DNA of 64,000 nucleotides from Raillietiella orientalis (Eukaryota): assembly GCA_036172245.1 (NCBI GenBank), contig JAYWIR010000016.1, forward strand, positions 3,720,001 to 3,784,000, in the 5' to 3' direction. The notes beneath the pieces were generated by a model. That model had not been told where the DNA came from. It worked only from the letters and a program-made list of their open reading frames with translations, and searched no databases. Positions 37,101 to 50,019 of the stretch are shown here, in pieces. The stretch's first letter is position 1; every line of letters starts with the position of its first letter. Position numbers and translations under genes: made by a program.

Positions 37101-38998
37101 CTGCTAGGGGGCTGTCCGCGTCAGCAAATGAGGCCGTCCTCGGATCCGTAGTGGGACCCCCACGATGGAGCGTTTCCGAGGAGACAGTGCTGTGCATAGA
37201 ACGCTCCCGAAATGTGTTCTGGGAGCATCCAGCTGGACATTCTCCGGAAGGCGTGACATGAGGGATGCGGAGGCTGATCGTGAGGTCCCCTGCAACATCC
37301 GTGCCCGCCTACCGTCGAGCGAAGATCGGGAACGGCCAGGATGCCGGCAGCGCCCTCGACGGCCGGCCCCGTCTGTGGGTGGCGGGGTGGTCGCCGTTCC
37401 CTCACGTCGCGCTGAGAGAGGAGCGCGGCGAAGGGTCGGCGTGCCCGGGCGGAGCAGTGCAGGTCACGTCGGGAAGACACGGTTCGCGGCTCGATGGCCT
37501 GGGGAGTTCCCGACGCGGCCGGCTTCAAGCGCGAGTCCGCTCGGAGGTGGTCAGCTGGACATCGCGATCTCCACGCACGATTCTCTCCCTCCTTCCCGCC
37601 CCTGCGCAGGACTTCGCAACGACCCGCAGCACGAAGGGCGCTCCGGATGCGGAGGCGAGGATGCGCGCTTGTTAGAGGAGGTCCGAGGCCCGAAAGAAGG
37701 AGGGAGGGAACAGGAGACGAGTCCTAAACCTGGACACGGGTCGCCCGTCCTCGCGATGACTTGGGGCTGAGGAGCCCTGCGTTGGCCGTGTCGCAGCCCG
37801 CCCCTCGCGGGCCTGACCCACACGCGCCCAGCGGACACGACAGCTCTTGGATATCAGCGCGGGCATCTCCCGGGACGCGGAAGAGGGGAAAGGGAAGCCC
37901 TGATCGGATCTCCTGGGGAAGGTTCGGCCGTGCTCGCGGTTATCGTCTTCGGAGGGCGGATGCTGCAGCATCCCGAGTGATCGAAATGCGGCGCCGCGCT
38001 CTACCCTCCCCCCCACCTCGTCTCCCTCCCTCCTGCGTGCCCTCGAGAGCGTTCGTTGCTCCCTTTGAGAACAGGTCGCGAGCACGCCGGTACCCTTCGC
38101 AGATCGTCCGGCCCCGCGAGAAGCTCCAAAGAGGCTCCGTTTGCAGCATCATTCCACGGAGGATTCCCCTCCAATGCTTCAGATGAGGTCAAGGGAGCGC
38201 CGCGGGTGCGTCTGCGCGCTCCTTCTGCTGCCGGGCGCTCACGGGGACTTTCCGTTTTCCCTTCCGCTTCTTTCGGGGACTCAGACTTCTCACGCTCGCC
38301 AGCTGGTTGTACAGGGACCTCCCTCCGTTCCCTTCGGGTCCGGAGGATTCAGATCTTGGTCGCATCTCCGCCGACCGGAAGCTGCGTCAATGGTGACCAC
38401 GCCCGGCCGCCTCGGTCTGCCTCGCTTTGGTCCACTCAAACGAGAGGTTGCCACGGATTCGGGCACTCTGCAGCTTTCGGGAGGATCTGTGGCCTGAAAA
38501 ATAGCATAGCCATTTGGTGTGTGTGGGGATGGGGGAGGGTAAAGGGGGAAAAGAAAGGAGGGGAGAATTTCCTTGGACGTTCCGCTGCATGTCGTAACTC
38601 CGGATGAGCGCATTTGCAGTTTCCAAGCACAACAGAGAACTGAGAGGCAGAGCGGCCGCAGCGCCAGGTGGACGACCGTTCGTCCTACCCCGTCCACGCC
38701 GGAGATGGTGGCACGTCTCCCCCGTTCCCGGCCCGAAGTCAATAAAGACGCCGTTTGGAGTTGCGGACGCCGAAAGGCTACAGGGAAGACGCGGAAAGGG
38801 AACCATGGTGACCGTTCCCCTCTCCTCCTCTCATCCCGGAGACGATAGACGCTTGCGCCCAGTTCTCTCCACATCGTGCTCATTTATTCACTTATTTTAT
38901 TTATTTATTTATTCTTTGTTCCCATCGATTAGCCCCGAATCCCTTCCCAAGGCACGTTCGCATATTCAATCTGAATGAACCGTCCCACCGTGACATCC

Positions 38999-39150
38999 TC
39001 ATCCCAGATCCCCGGGCTATTTATTCGACCCAAATAAATAAATAAATGAAATTCGTGGTAATGAAGAAGGGACCGACATGCTCCGGCGCGGAACTGCCTC
39101 GCTAAGGACAGGACTGGGGAGGAACGGGGGGAAAGAAGGAAGCATGAGCA
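38999..39150 (-). mobile_element. Isolated LINE 3' UTR/terminus
   Basis: Minus strand: pyrimidine tract, accacga, (TTTA)n, then AATAAA-TAG-CCCGG-GGAT-CTGGG-ATGA, as at 2942 and 48799. Confidence 0.55.
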
Positions 39151-39199
39151 CGGGATGAGGAGTCATTCCCGGGGGTCCGCGTCGGGCAGGGAAGAGACG

Positions 39200-41000
39200 G
39201 GAGTTAATCGCTAAGGGAATGACCTTCCCCCGGCCATCCGAAGGTGTACACCCAGGCCACCCCATTCTACGGCCTCTCGCGTGTAGGCGATGGCGATCGC
39301 AAGCGGCTCTCCGGGGCGATGGCCACGCCTTCCTACGTTCCTTGGAGGCCGCCGTGACCACCGAGTGGCGGTACACCGCCGGAAAAGAGGCAGCGGTAAG
39401 ACTGAAGAACGGAACATTTCTTGCAGCCCATGGCGTGGGTCGAGACGTCCTGACCTTCTCACTCCAAACTCCACCCGTGGAGCGACCTGCTCGGTTGTGC
39501 CAACCGAAGAGCTCGCGTTCCCTTCTCTATTCGCTGGACTTTAGAAGGTGCGGACACCCGCCTTCTTGCCGGAGTCCATCGAGACGTCGCGCTCCGAATG
39601 CGGCAGGTGACCTGTATCTGCCCTTGGTCAAGGGGGTGCCTGTCGATTGGTGTCCGCCTTCCCACGCACCAGCTTCCGGGCGTCCGCAGTCCGGTGGTGG
39701 ACGAGGACGGTCCGGGATCGGTCCGGGATCACCGAGGCACAAGGGGGGAGGAGAGGTCTCTGGCGCCGCGTCAGCTTCTCCGAGGCAGCCGCGACCTCCG
39801 GCAGGACCTCGGGAAGCAAGGCGACTGCGCACCGTCTCTCTGCCTGCAGGGAATGGGGCTCCCGGCCGAGCGCTCTGGGGGACGCCGCCGCAGATCGTGG
39901 GAAGACCGGGAGACCCCGTCCAGCAAGCCCTCGTCGGTCTGTCCGGTGCTCCCGCAGAACAGGCTTCCCGCGTGCCGCGCCTCTTCTTCGCGTGATCTGT
40001 GGTCTCCTCCCACTCCCACTCCCTGCGACCCGCGGAAGCACGGCTGCACGGCGGGTCTCCGGCAGAGGGAGGCGAGACTCCCCCTCCCTCCCCCTTCCCC
40101 ATCCTGACAGAAGAGCCGCTGCAAGGCCAGCGGCGAAGCCGGAAAGCTCCCGGAAAATTCCGTCGCTCTCTACGGGACGCGAGAGGTCTCGAACACGCGC
40201 TGACTCTGAAGCCGTGCCCGCTGTTCAGGGGCTTCCAGGTCTGCAGCGGATGGAGAGAGTCCTCAGCAAGTGCGGAACGAGAGGAAGAGGAAGGAGACGA
40301 GAGAGACCCAGATCTGCACACGAGGTTTGGCTTCGTGCCCTCGTTCGTTCTCGTGCCAGCGGGCGGGTTGACCTGCTACGGAACGATCGAAGGTCGGCAC
40401 TCACGCTGGTGGGGCGGCGAACTGAACTAACGTGCTTCCTGTTCATACCCTACTCGCTCTAGGTTGGGAAGGAGGCAGCCAACAACTCGTTGGATGGGCC
40501 GGAAGCGGAAGCCGTCGCAGCTTCGACGACCTTCGGAAGCGGCTCGAGACGCCTGCGGGACGCGAGCCGGTGCTCGCAAGAGGGCGGCATCGGGAGTTCG
40601 AATTTCCACGTGGGGCTGGCCAGACGGGCTTCTTCGGCGCCCGGAAGAAGTTCCTTCCGGAGAAGCCAGCCGCTTGGAGTTGGGGTGCGTCCTTCTGGAG
40701 GATCTTTCAGGGAGGCTACGCTACCTTGCCAGAGGCGATCTGCGAACGTCTACTTCGCCCCCACGCGTGCCGGCTCTTCCCTCCGTGACGTCTGCGGCCT
40801 TCTCATCGCCACGTCGTATCTTTGGGATTTCCCAGAGATTTGCCTGCCGGGCGTCCGCCCAGCTAAGCATCTGGGGGTGAAGTGTGCGGGTGGCAATCCT
40901 GTTTTTTGCCCCTCGATGGAGGGTGAGCGTGCGAATGCCGGATCTGAAGAGGCAAGCAGCTTCACCACAAACGCGCCACCCCTCCTCCCGCCCCGTCAGG
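39200..41000 (+). mobile_element. Decayed LINE ORF2 (APE to start of RT) containing the right inverted-repeat copy
   Basis: RAPN (cf. YAPN) at ~39590 and GWPDGL (cf. PGPDG) at ~40615, about 1 kb apart as expected for L1-type ORF2. Confidence 0.45.
39557..40406 (-). repeat. 850-bp inverted repeat, right copy
   Basis: Reverse complement of 30054-30903. Confidence 0.95.
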
Positions 41001-42149
41001 ACATTGCGTGAGGTTCAGACATTGCGTTGCCAGAGGGGGCCCTCATTGGTCGCTCGGCTGGTTCGCTGAAGAGTCTTCTTCGCCAGCTTCTCCTCATGGC
41101 TTTTCCCACATATGGGAACCGCGGGAGGAGGAGCCTTTCGACGACAACAGCAGCCCCGGACGCTTCTCGTTCCTCGGACGCACACACCTCGCCACGAGCA
41201 CAAACGGCAGCCATTCCCATGGCAGCTGCGCTGTGACCATCGGTCCTCGCAGGGACAGTCTGTTCTCTGCTGCTATTCGATGCCACGGCGCTTTCCTTCG
41301 CTTCTCTTAAAGGAAAAGGGGGAAGGAAGTGTGTAGGCTGGAGAGGGAGGCCTGCTTCCGCCCGTGGACTGCCCCTCCTCCTGCTCTCCGTGTTCCTTAT
41401 CTTCGCGACCAGCTTCCCGACGTGCACACGGAAAGCGGTTCATATGCAGCCGCTCGTTGCCGTCCGTTCAGATTCATGGGACGGTCCCAACCTCCATCTC
41501 CTCTCCCCTCATCCTCCTCCATCCTCTTTCCACCTCCTCTTTCTTTCCTTCCTTCCTTCCTCCCTCCCTCCTCCGAACCTCTGGACATGGACCAAGCCAG
41601 GTAGGACAAACTGCAGGAACGCCAAGAGCCTCCTGAGCCCTGGGGTTCCATCCCTTGTAGAGTTCCAGCGGAGCGGCCCAATTCCCCCGGTGGCTTCCTC
41701 GTGTGTGCTCACAGTCTCCACCTGAGCTGCCAAGTGCGGGATACCTTCGTCCACCGGCGCGGCGACGGAGGGCAGTCGGCTTCTCGTCCTGCGGGGCTGC
41801 AGGAGCAGCAGATAAGCGCGGCGTGGCACACTTACGGGGGCTCGTTGACTTGCAGCCTCGCTGCCGCTAGGAGAGGAGGTCCCGGAGGTTCGACGAACTC
41901 CTGCAAAGGAAGAGGGGTGTTCGTGCGCTGCACTCCCGGAGGGACTTGGATCCGCAGGTTGCTCATCAGGGTGGAGACTTCGAGAGAGGGCCGCGTCCCT
42001 TCGAAGCAAGAGGAGTTGCCTGGAGACGGACCAGCTGCGAGCTGCAGCTGCTGCTGCCCGGACGCTTGCAAAGTGCAGAGGCAGAGAGGCGAGGGTCCCC
42101 CTTCCCGGGCAGCCTGAGAGGTGGAATGGGATGGGGGAGGGAGGTCCGC

Positions 42150-44800
42150 CCACAACGCGGGCACATCCGGCCGCGGGCGCCCTGAATGCTGCAGGCTCCG
42201 CGCTTGGGATGCCGCCCCGCAAGGCCTGGTTGAAGGTAGGGTCTAGCTCCGTCTCCTCGCTCCAGGAGGCGCTCTACCGCCCGGGCACAACTCCAAGATG
42301 GCGACCGGACAATTTTTTTTTTTTGTCCTCAGGGTGCTGGGGTGAGGAGGCTAAGGGAATTTTCTTGGGCTGCTCAGGCGCACAGGTGCATCTTGGGAGG
42401 ACCTCAGAGCTTAAGAAGAGGAGAGGATGCTGTGGCTCTCCATTCTTCACCTGGAAACACTTTCACCTTAGGAGATCGTCTCCAAAGCATCCACATCGGT
42501 CATCTTCCGTCTCGACAAGACCCTCCGTTCGTCGCAGGTAGTGCGAAGGGAGATCCACTTTCCAGGACGCTCTGGAAGGATACGAGCAGGCATCGAGGAG
42601 GATGCGGGTGCTTGGCGACGGCGGTCTCCTGCATAGTCTTTCGCTTTATCGATTTCATCTTCAACGAACGGGAAAAATACGCTGCCGGAAAAGAAAAGTC
42701 CTGCGGGGAGTAGGCCACTGGTTCCCTTCAGCACGTCCAACTCCTCGAGATGCCAAATGATCGCGTCGCCATGATCCGCGGGTGTCTTCTGGGAAGCTGG
42801 GCACGGAGTACCGAAAGCAGCATCGCGATTCTGTTCGAGAGGGTGGCTTCCATCCGCCACGCCCTGCGGAAGCGCCACCCTACAGCGGCTTTCCGAGACT
42901 CGGGCGCGTGAGAGGAAGGAAGGCATCCCGACAGGCATGTTCGGGAAGGACGCACAGCATCCCGGAACCCACCTGACTGGAACGGGAAGAGGGGAGGGAG
43001 AGCGGGCGAAGCACGAGGGTGAGAGTGGGGGCTCTCGGGCGAGGGAGCAGACAGCCGCGAGATGTTCCGTTTGGATGCCACAGGGGGTGCGAGGTCCTGC
43101 TGGCTCACGGATGCGGACCTCCTTATCCCTCCCTCCAGCAGCTCCTCAGGGCTGACCTCTTCATCAGCGGCGACTTCTCCCTGCACAGAGCGAGGCTCCG
43201 GAAGCTGTGTGATCTTCCTCTCCTCGGAGGTACTCGGAGAACTCCTCCCACGGGCCGCCGTAGTCGTCTTTATGGGGGCTGGCTGGTCTCTTGATCCGCC
43301 TTTTTCCCGGGAGAGCGGTGGCGGCCCTAGCCGCTTCTGGGAGAGGTGACCTCGCCCGCTGCGCAGTTCCTTCCTTTGTACGCCGCGACGACTGGGGCGC
43401 GAAGACCCGGGATCGCGGGAAGGGGAAAGGGAGGGAAGGGAAAGGCACAAGGAGTGTCACGTGACCGACGGTCACCGGCCGGCCGCGTGGGAAATGCGGG
43501 GCGCAAGCGCGGTCTTCCTCTCCTACCCGCACGCGACGACGGCGGCGGCGACGATGCACTCGCGCGGAGGCTGCGACCGCCGAATGGAATCCGACGGTTT
43601 GTGACCTTTTCCCCAAGAGCGTTCCCGTTCCAGAGTCGCATGCATCGGCCGTCCACCAGCCCCCGGATCCGCGCTTTCCTTCACTTTGCAGAGCCGCCGC
43701 CTGAAGACTCCTGCCTCACCCCGCCCGAGAGCCAATCTTGGCCTCCAGCAAGTCCCTTACCCGGATCCCCGGAGGACCCCTGAGGGCGTGCCGCGCAAGT
43801 CCGAGAAGCTCGTTGAGGGGTTATTCACCTGCAGAACGACCCGAGAAAACTCCAACGGAAGTTCCGATCGGAGCCACACGAGGGCTCGTAGGTGCTGCCT
43901 CCTAGCACCACTACCCAAGGGACCTCTGCAGGCGGGTTGCAGGCGCGCCAGAGGGGAAGGAGGGGCACAGATGCAGCTCGCAGTGAGCACCTGGGGTTTA
44001 CTCGGTGGCAGGGAGGTGGGTCACTCCCTCCTTAGGGACCAACCGGGCCCTGCGGCTTCAGTGAAGACGTCTCTTCGCGCGTGCGCGGCCGTCTCTCCCG
44101 ACTGGATGGCGCCTCACCCAGTCGGGAGAGACGGCCGCGCATGGGTCTCTCGCATGCTCCCTCTTCTCTCGGGCGTCGCCACAAAGCAGGAAGACCAGCG
44201 AAGACCTACCCATGCTGCAGCGCAGAGGACCACAAGGACCTCAGGCATCCAGACCAAGGGAAGAACCTCGTCCAGCCTGGAAACGGGCGTATCCCAGTGT
44301 ATCGGGGGAGGGGAGTGCAGGAGCGGAGATTCCTCCCTGTAGACTCATCGAATCTCCTTTCTGTAGGCCATTGTTACCTACTGGAAATGGGTGAAAGAGG
44401 TGCGAAACGAGGGAAGAGGATCCCTGCGTCATGTGGGAGGGAGATAGGTGCAGTGGCTCTGTCTTCCTACCCCGATCAGCAAGCGGTGTGACGAGCAAGT
44501 AAAGGCGATCGCTCAGCAGCCCCTCCGGCGCCCAACTAGCCCCTTCCCGGGGAGAGAACCTGGATTGAAGCCGGACTTGGCACACCAGGGATGAGGCCTG
44601 CCGTTCATCTTGGACATGAAGGATCTACGCGAACAGTTCTCCAGAGCGACGGAGGGCGCCGAAGAAGGAGAGGTCGCGGGCTGGACTCTCCACCTTGCCT
44701 CCAAGTGGATCCTGGAAACTGCGAAGGCAGCCATCGGAGCGTCTCGGGAGCGACGAGGCACTCGGGACGCTAAGGATACAGAAGAAGGAAACAGACGAAA
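42150..44800 (+). mobile_element. Decayed LINE ORF2 (APE + RT)
   Basis: Ordered remnants: SSLQEA (~42260), SKS..PD (~43750), LAPLPKG, LLRDQPG, TGVSQC (~44285), SYPDQ (cf. YADD, ~44470), HLG. Confidence 0.5.
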
Positions 44801-47199
44801 CTAGGAAGGAGGTGGTCTGCTCGACCGTCCAATGCTCGGGGCAGGGTGGGGGGAGAGGGAAGGTTCCCTGAAAACAGGATGAGACCACCAAACTGGAAGC
44901 ATCCCTGCGGGAGATGCTAGCAAGAAGAGCGAGAGTGCAGACATGGAGACATGAAAGATGGTCACATCGTGGGACTGGTGGAAATCACTCCGTCGCATTC
45001 AGCCATCCTAACGAAGCGTCCTCCAGAGAGAAGTTTCGACGCGTGGGCGTGCCCGGTGCTATTGCCGGTTTCCTCCTGGAGCAGCATCCGTCCAAGAGAT
45101 GATCGCTCCGCTACGCTCAGAGCAAACCACCGAAGGAGCAGCGCCAGCAGTCCAGTCGAGTCCCCCTCCTCGATTGAATTGGTATTGTAGTTGCATCGTG
45201 CCTGAGTGGCACGGAGCGGTCCGTCACCGTCGTCACGGACGCCATTCGGAGATCCCCGACTGCTGAAGGGGGTGCCGGTCGACTCTCCAGGCATTCGTTC
45301 CCGATCGCATCATCTCTGGTTTCTGCAGCGCTCTTGAATCGGCTGGCGAAGGCATGAACGAGAAAGAGCCCAGCCGCCTCGATTCCCGGGACCCGGTTGC
45401 CGTGGCAACCGGCGTTTCCACGCTTCTCCGATCCTCGTTCTCTCGAGGGATGCGAGGACACATTAAAGGGAGGGACCGAACGAAAAGGAAGGGAGACAGA
45501 GGGAGGAAGGGAGGAGGAGGAAGAGAAGGAAAGGAGATGGAAGGGCGGAGGAGGAGGAAGCGAGGAAGAGGAGGAGGAAGGGAGGAGGCTGCTCTTCCTT
45601 GGCCCGACAACCGCTACTCGTCTGACGGGGATGACCACACTGACCTCGCCAAGACACAACACCGGCCAGCCTCTCTCCCGCCCGTCCCTCGCGCCCGTCT
45701 TCCTTCCCCGCACCTTTCGAGTGGATCCTGTCGCGGCAATCCCCGCAGCGCGTTTTCTCTGTGTGCGCTTCTCAAAGATCGGGAAGAAGTCGCGTTTCTG
45801 CCTCCCGGCATGCCTCATCTCCGGTTCGGATCGAAAGAGCCCACCTCGTCCAAAGGAGCATCCCCCAACCTTCCTTCGCGAACGGTCGGAGGAATGCCGG
45901 TCCGGGAGACCTTGCGGATGAGGCGTGGCAGGAGGACCGTGGGGGAGAGTTCCTGATGGTAGAGGCTGGTCTGCGGAGAGGCCGAAGTCCCCTTAGCGAG
46001 CGCCTTTCCTTTTCCCCGCGAAACTGGATCTGTTCTCTTGGAAACGGGACGAGAGAGCGCCCATTCATTCAAAATAAACGAAAAAGAGAGAGAGAGAGAA
46101 GTAGCGATCAAACATCTTCACGCGCCCCGGAGGATGGGTACGAGTGGGAAGGAAGTGGAGAGTCGATAGAGAGGTAAGTGGGGGAAGACTTGTCTTGTGG
46201 TTCCCGAAGGTGCAGATCTTGAGGGGTCAGGAAGGTGATGGTGGTGCTGTGACCAGCTGCGGCTCAGTTGGCGAGCAGTGCCTCGAGGCTCTTCCCTCTT
46301 ATCGGACCTGCCGGTGGAGCCGCTTCGCCGCATCCCGTTCGAGGGCGCTGGCGACCGAAGGAGGCTCCCTTCCATGGCACCCGCCCTCGTTTTCAGCCTC
46401 GGGGATTCCCGTTCTATTCTGTAGGGGCACGTGGCAGAAGATGGCACTTTGGGACTCAGGGCAGCCGGCCCCAGGGCCCAGAGAATATGTGTGCCTTCTT
46501 GCGAACGGGTCCTTGGGGCCGGCCGTTGAGAGGCGGAAGTAACCCGAAGAACTGTTCAGCAGGGAGCACGCGTGGACCTGCCTTCCCGTAGCCAGGCGAC
46601 GGCGTTGCCTCCTCTTCCGCCCACGGGACTTTGCCGCCCGATAAGGGTTCGCGGCTCTAAGTGCCCTTGGTATGCATCACGAATCGTTCGCCTCTCCGGG
46701 ATTGGCCGCGCGCCAGCAGCTGCAGACACGGAAAGCGCGCGAACGTGGAGGTGCATGGCGCCCTCGTCCTCGGGCAAAAGAGGACGGTCCGTGGAGGACG
46801 TGGGCTGCACTAATCTGGCGCTCCTAATCGGAGCCGCTTCACTTCGTCTGGAGTCCCGAGATTCGTGCTCCCAGGAGACGGGGAGAGGACGGTCGCTCGA
46901 AGGGGAATGCGTTGGCGGATGGGAGGTCTCCAAGGAAACTCCTTGACAGCCAGTGCTCGGGGAGCTTCTGCGTTCGAGTGTGTGAAAGTGGGAAGGAAAC
47001 GGGGGAGGAGCTTTCTTACTCCGCGTAGGGAAAGGAGAGGCCGCCGGAATAGTCCACCCCGCCCATGTCACTCCCCCCCCCCTCCTCCACTCAGCATCGG
47101 GTGCCTTTCTGAGCAGTCGGCAGATGGCGGGCGTGGCATCCGTGGATCTGGAGAGAGAGAGGGTAGGCTCCCCCCGGATCCCGGAAGTTCACCCTAGCG

Positions 47200-48825
47200 C
47201 CCGGAGGCCCCGCACCTCCCGGAACCTGGGAGAGGAGGCTGGGAGATCGGGCTGGAGCGGTCCTGGATTCCTTCCGGCACGTTTCGGGCAGAGAGTTTTG
47301 CGGAGAGTGTGCTTTCCCCCCTCATGGCCACTCCGAGGAGGTCATGACCCCGACGGGTCCCTTACACGATCCTCGAGACTCGGCTCGAGACTCGGAGGGG
47401 TGCATCCTTGTCTCAGGTGGCGACCCTCCGCCTCCTCCCCCCCTTTCCCAGTGGAACCAAAGTCCCCAGGCGTTGCAGGAGACTACCCCATCGGCTCAGG
47501 TGACGCTGCTGCTCGGACCTGCGGAGGAGCCACAGGCCGAATTCTTCTCTGATCTCTCTTCTCCTCCGCTCACCTCTCACGGGGCGTCCTCGCGCGTGCA
47601 GCAGGAGGGGCGCGGAGGGGGGAGACAGGAACCTCCCGTTCCATCCTTGCCTCCAAGGCCGCGCTGCCCGCTCTGCCTGCCCGCCACCCGGAACGGTGCG
47701 CGCCGGGGACGCTTCGCAGGGATTCCCCATCTCTTTCCTGGTCTCCGAGCCTTTGGGTTCCCCTGTTCTTGACGGGCGCTCCCCTACGCCTCCAGCCTTC
47801 GTGGCTCCACCTGTCTTGCCAGGAGACGCAGCGCTCGGACGCATAGCGACTCGCTCGCGATGACGTCACGAGCGCGGCTGCACTTCTTCATCGCCGTGGG
47901 GCTTGCTGGTGCTCCGAGAAGGGCACGGGCAGGGCGTTGCTCGACTTTTCTGAGACTCCCGGCGTGGTTTGGGATACCGCAAGCGCGTATCCCCCTTTCC
48001 CCTCTTTCCTTCTGCCCGGGAGCGCGCGGTGCTGCTGCCAGACCCAGCCGGTCTCTCGGCAGCCTTCACCACCCTCCTCCTCTGCCGGGAGAGCCGTAAG
48101 ACTTCCTGGCTGGAGGACCGCTCGCCACAGCATCCTGGGACTCCAAGAAGTATTCCACTCACGCCGCTCCGCGGAACCACTCGCTCGGTGCTGCCGCAGT
48201 TAAAAGAGACGTCCAGACACTCCAGGGAGGGATGCCTTCTTTCCCGACTCCCCCCACCCCCAACCCCCAAAGAATCTCTCACCTGCTTGTGGATTGTGCT
48301 GCACTCCGGTTCTTCCGGGAACACTTAGTTACGGCCCTAGGAGCACCCGGTGGCAACTTCAGGGACGCCTTACACCCCCCGCATCTCCTCGTTCGTTTGC
48401 GACGCCCTTCGGCCGTCAGCTTGCTAGCGGCTCCCTGCTGCCTACGAGGGTTCGTGGCGGCCTGGAGCCACTCAAGAGAAGGACCGAGCGACAGCGATGC
48501 CACATCCTCTTTGCCGTCCTCTTCCTGAGGATGACAACAAGATGGCCCCACCTTAAGGGAAGCATGCAGCGAGAGCTTGCCGGCATCCTCGAAAGGATGC
48601 AGAGGGCTGCCCCCAGCAGGACGTGACCTCTTCCACACGCACCCCCTTTCTTTTTGTTTGCTCTCCCCTCCCCTACTCTGCTGTCGTGGCAGATCTCATC
48701 GGTTATGCACGCCGGTCACACGTCAGGCTCCCATTGGAATGCACGTGGCTGGACTACTGCTCCAACCACAATCTTTGCCAATGCTTATTTTCATATGAAA
48801 TAAATGCTCCGGCGTACCCGGGTGA
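47200..48825 (+). mobile_element. Decayed LINE 3' portion with recognisable ORF2 C-terminus and 3' terminus
   Basis: HLLVDCAAL...CCLRGFVAAW...TRWPHL...LAGILERMQ* (stop at 48626) matches the 2293-2718 copy. AATAAA+hairpin at 48799-48825. 5' limit is a guess. Confidence 0.7.
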
Positions 48826-50019
48826 CCCCTCCCCCTACCCTAAAGAAGAGGAACCTCGTCTTCGCCTCGTCTTCCGAGCGCAGAGACCGGTCGTCTGGTC
48901 TTATCGTTCCCAGAGGCTCAGCCGTCGCCCACTGGAGACCCGAGCTAGAGAGCACCATCACGCGTGGTGGGGGCGGGTGCCGCTGACGCATGAGGAGGGC
49001 CACCTTGGCGACAGTGACCGCAGGACTGGAGCCGCCCGTGATCCGCCGGCCTTTCGGTGCACGGCGCTGCGCGCGCACGCCACTCGCAGCGTGCAGAACG
49101 CGCCGTCGTCCTTCTCGAGGAGGAGCCGCGCGTTCTCGCCGTCGGAAGGCGAGGTGACCTCCAGAGTGCGCACGTGAGCAAGCGCACCTGCCGTCTGGAG
49201 CCGATGCGCGCCGCTCCCGTTGTGACGCGTCTCCCCCGTCCTTGCCGCTCTTCCGCCCGTCCGTGGCCAACGCGCTCTGCTCAGCCGCTCCCCTGAGTTG
49301 ACGCGAGCGCGATACCGCCGACCCTGCGAGCGAGGTGGTTTCCTGGGGCGGAGAGGGCGGTGGCAGCACAGGGAGCACGCGTGCCCGGAAACCCGATCCG
49401 TGAGGCACTCGAGGCAGGCGCCTGCTCCTCCTTCCCGCGCTTGTGACGGGCTGCCCTTGGAGACACTCGTAGGCTCGCTTCGTGCCCGGCGCCTCTCCTC
49501 CGGAGGGACGGGCAAAGTTCAAAGATGGCCCTTGAGCGCGCTGCTGCGTGGGGCCTGCGGAGCGCCTCGTTTACAGAGAGTGCTCTGCAATTCCGCTCCC
49601 TATGGTGCTGTTGCCTTAAGGCGCAGCCACCGTGCGCGCGGATGACCGCCACCGCGCTGACTTCTCCAGGGATTCCAGCATCCATCGGCGCTCTCTACGG
49701 GACTCGGGACAGAGGGTCGCTCGTGGGCAGGACGGGCGAGCCCACCTTCCCTCCCACGAGCGCACTGCGTGGGGAGGCGCCACTCCCCTCCCCCCGCGAA
49801 TCTTCGCGGGATGAAAGGTTCGAACGGGAAGGGAAGCGGTTCCCCCTCCGTCCCGGATTCGAGCGGCGCTTCCACTTGCTGTTGTTCACCCCCCGCCTGA
49901 CCCCTCGGCTCCGTTGCCAGGCGCTGCCGTACGTCCACATCGGCCGTCTCACGCTCATTCGCCGACCCATGCGTCTCTTCTCTTCGTACAGATTCACCCT
50001 TCCCATCCCACGCCGACCA

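Noticed and set aside
30054..40406. 10-kb DNA transposon or Polinton with 850-bp terminal inverted repeats
   Set aside because: No TSD flanks the outer ends, no transposase, integrase or polB is recognisable inside, and the repeat itself looks like an internal LINE fragment.
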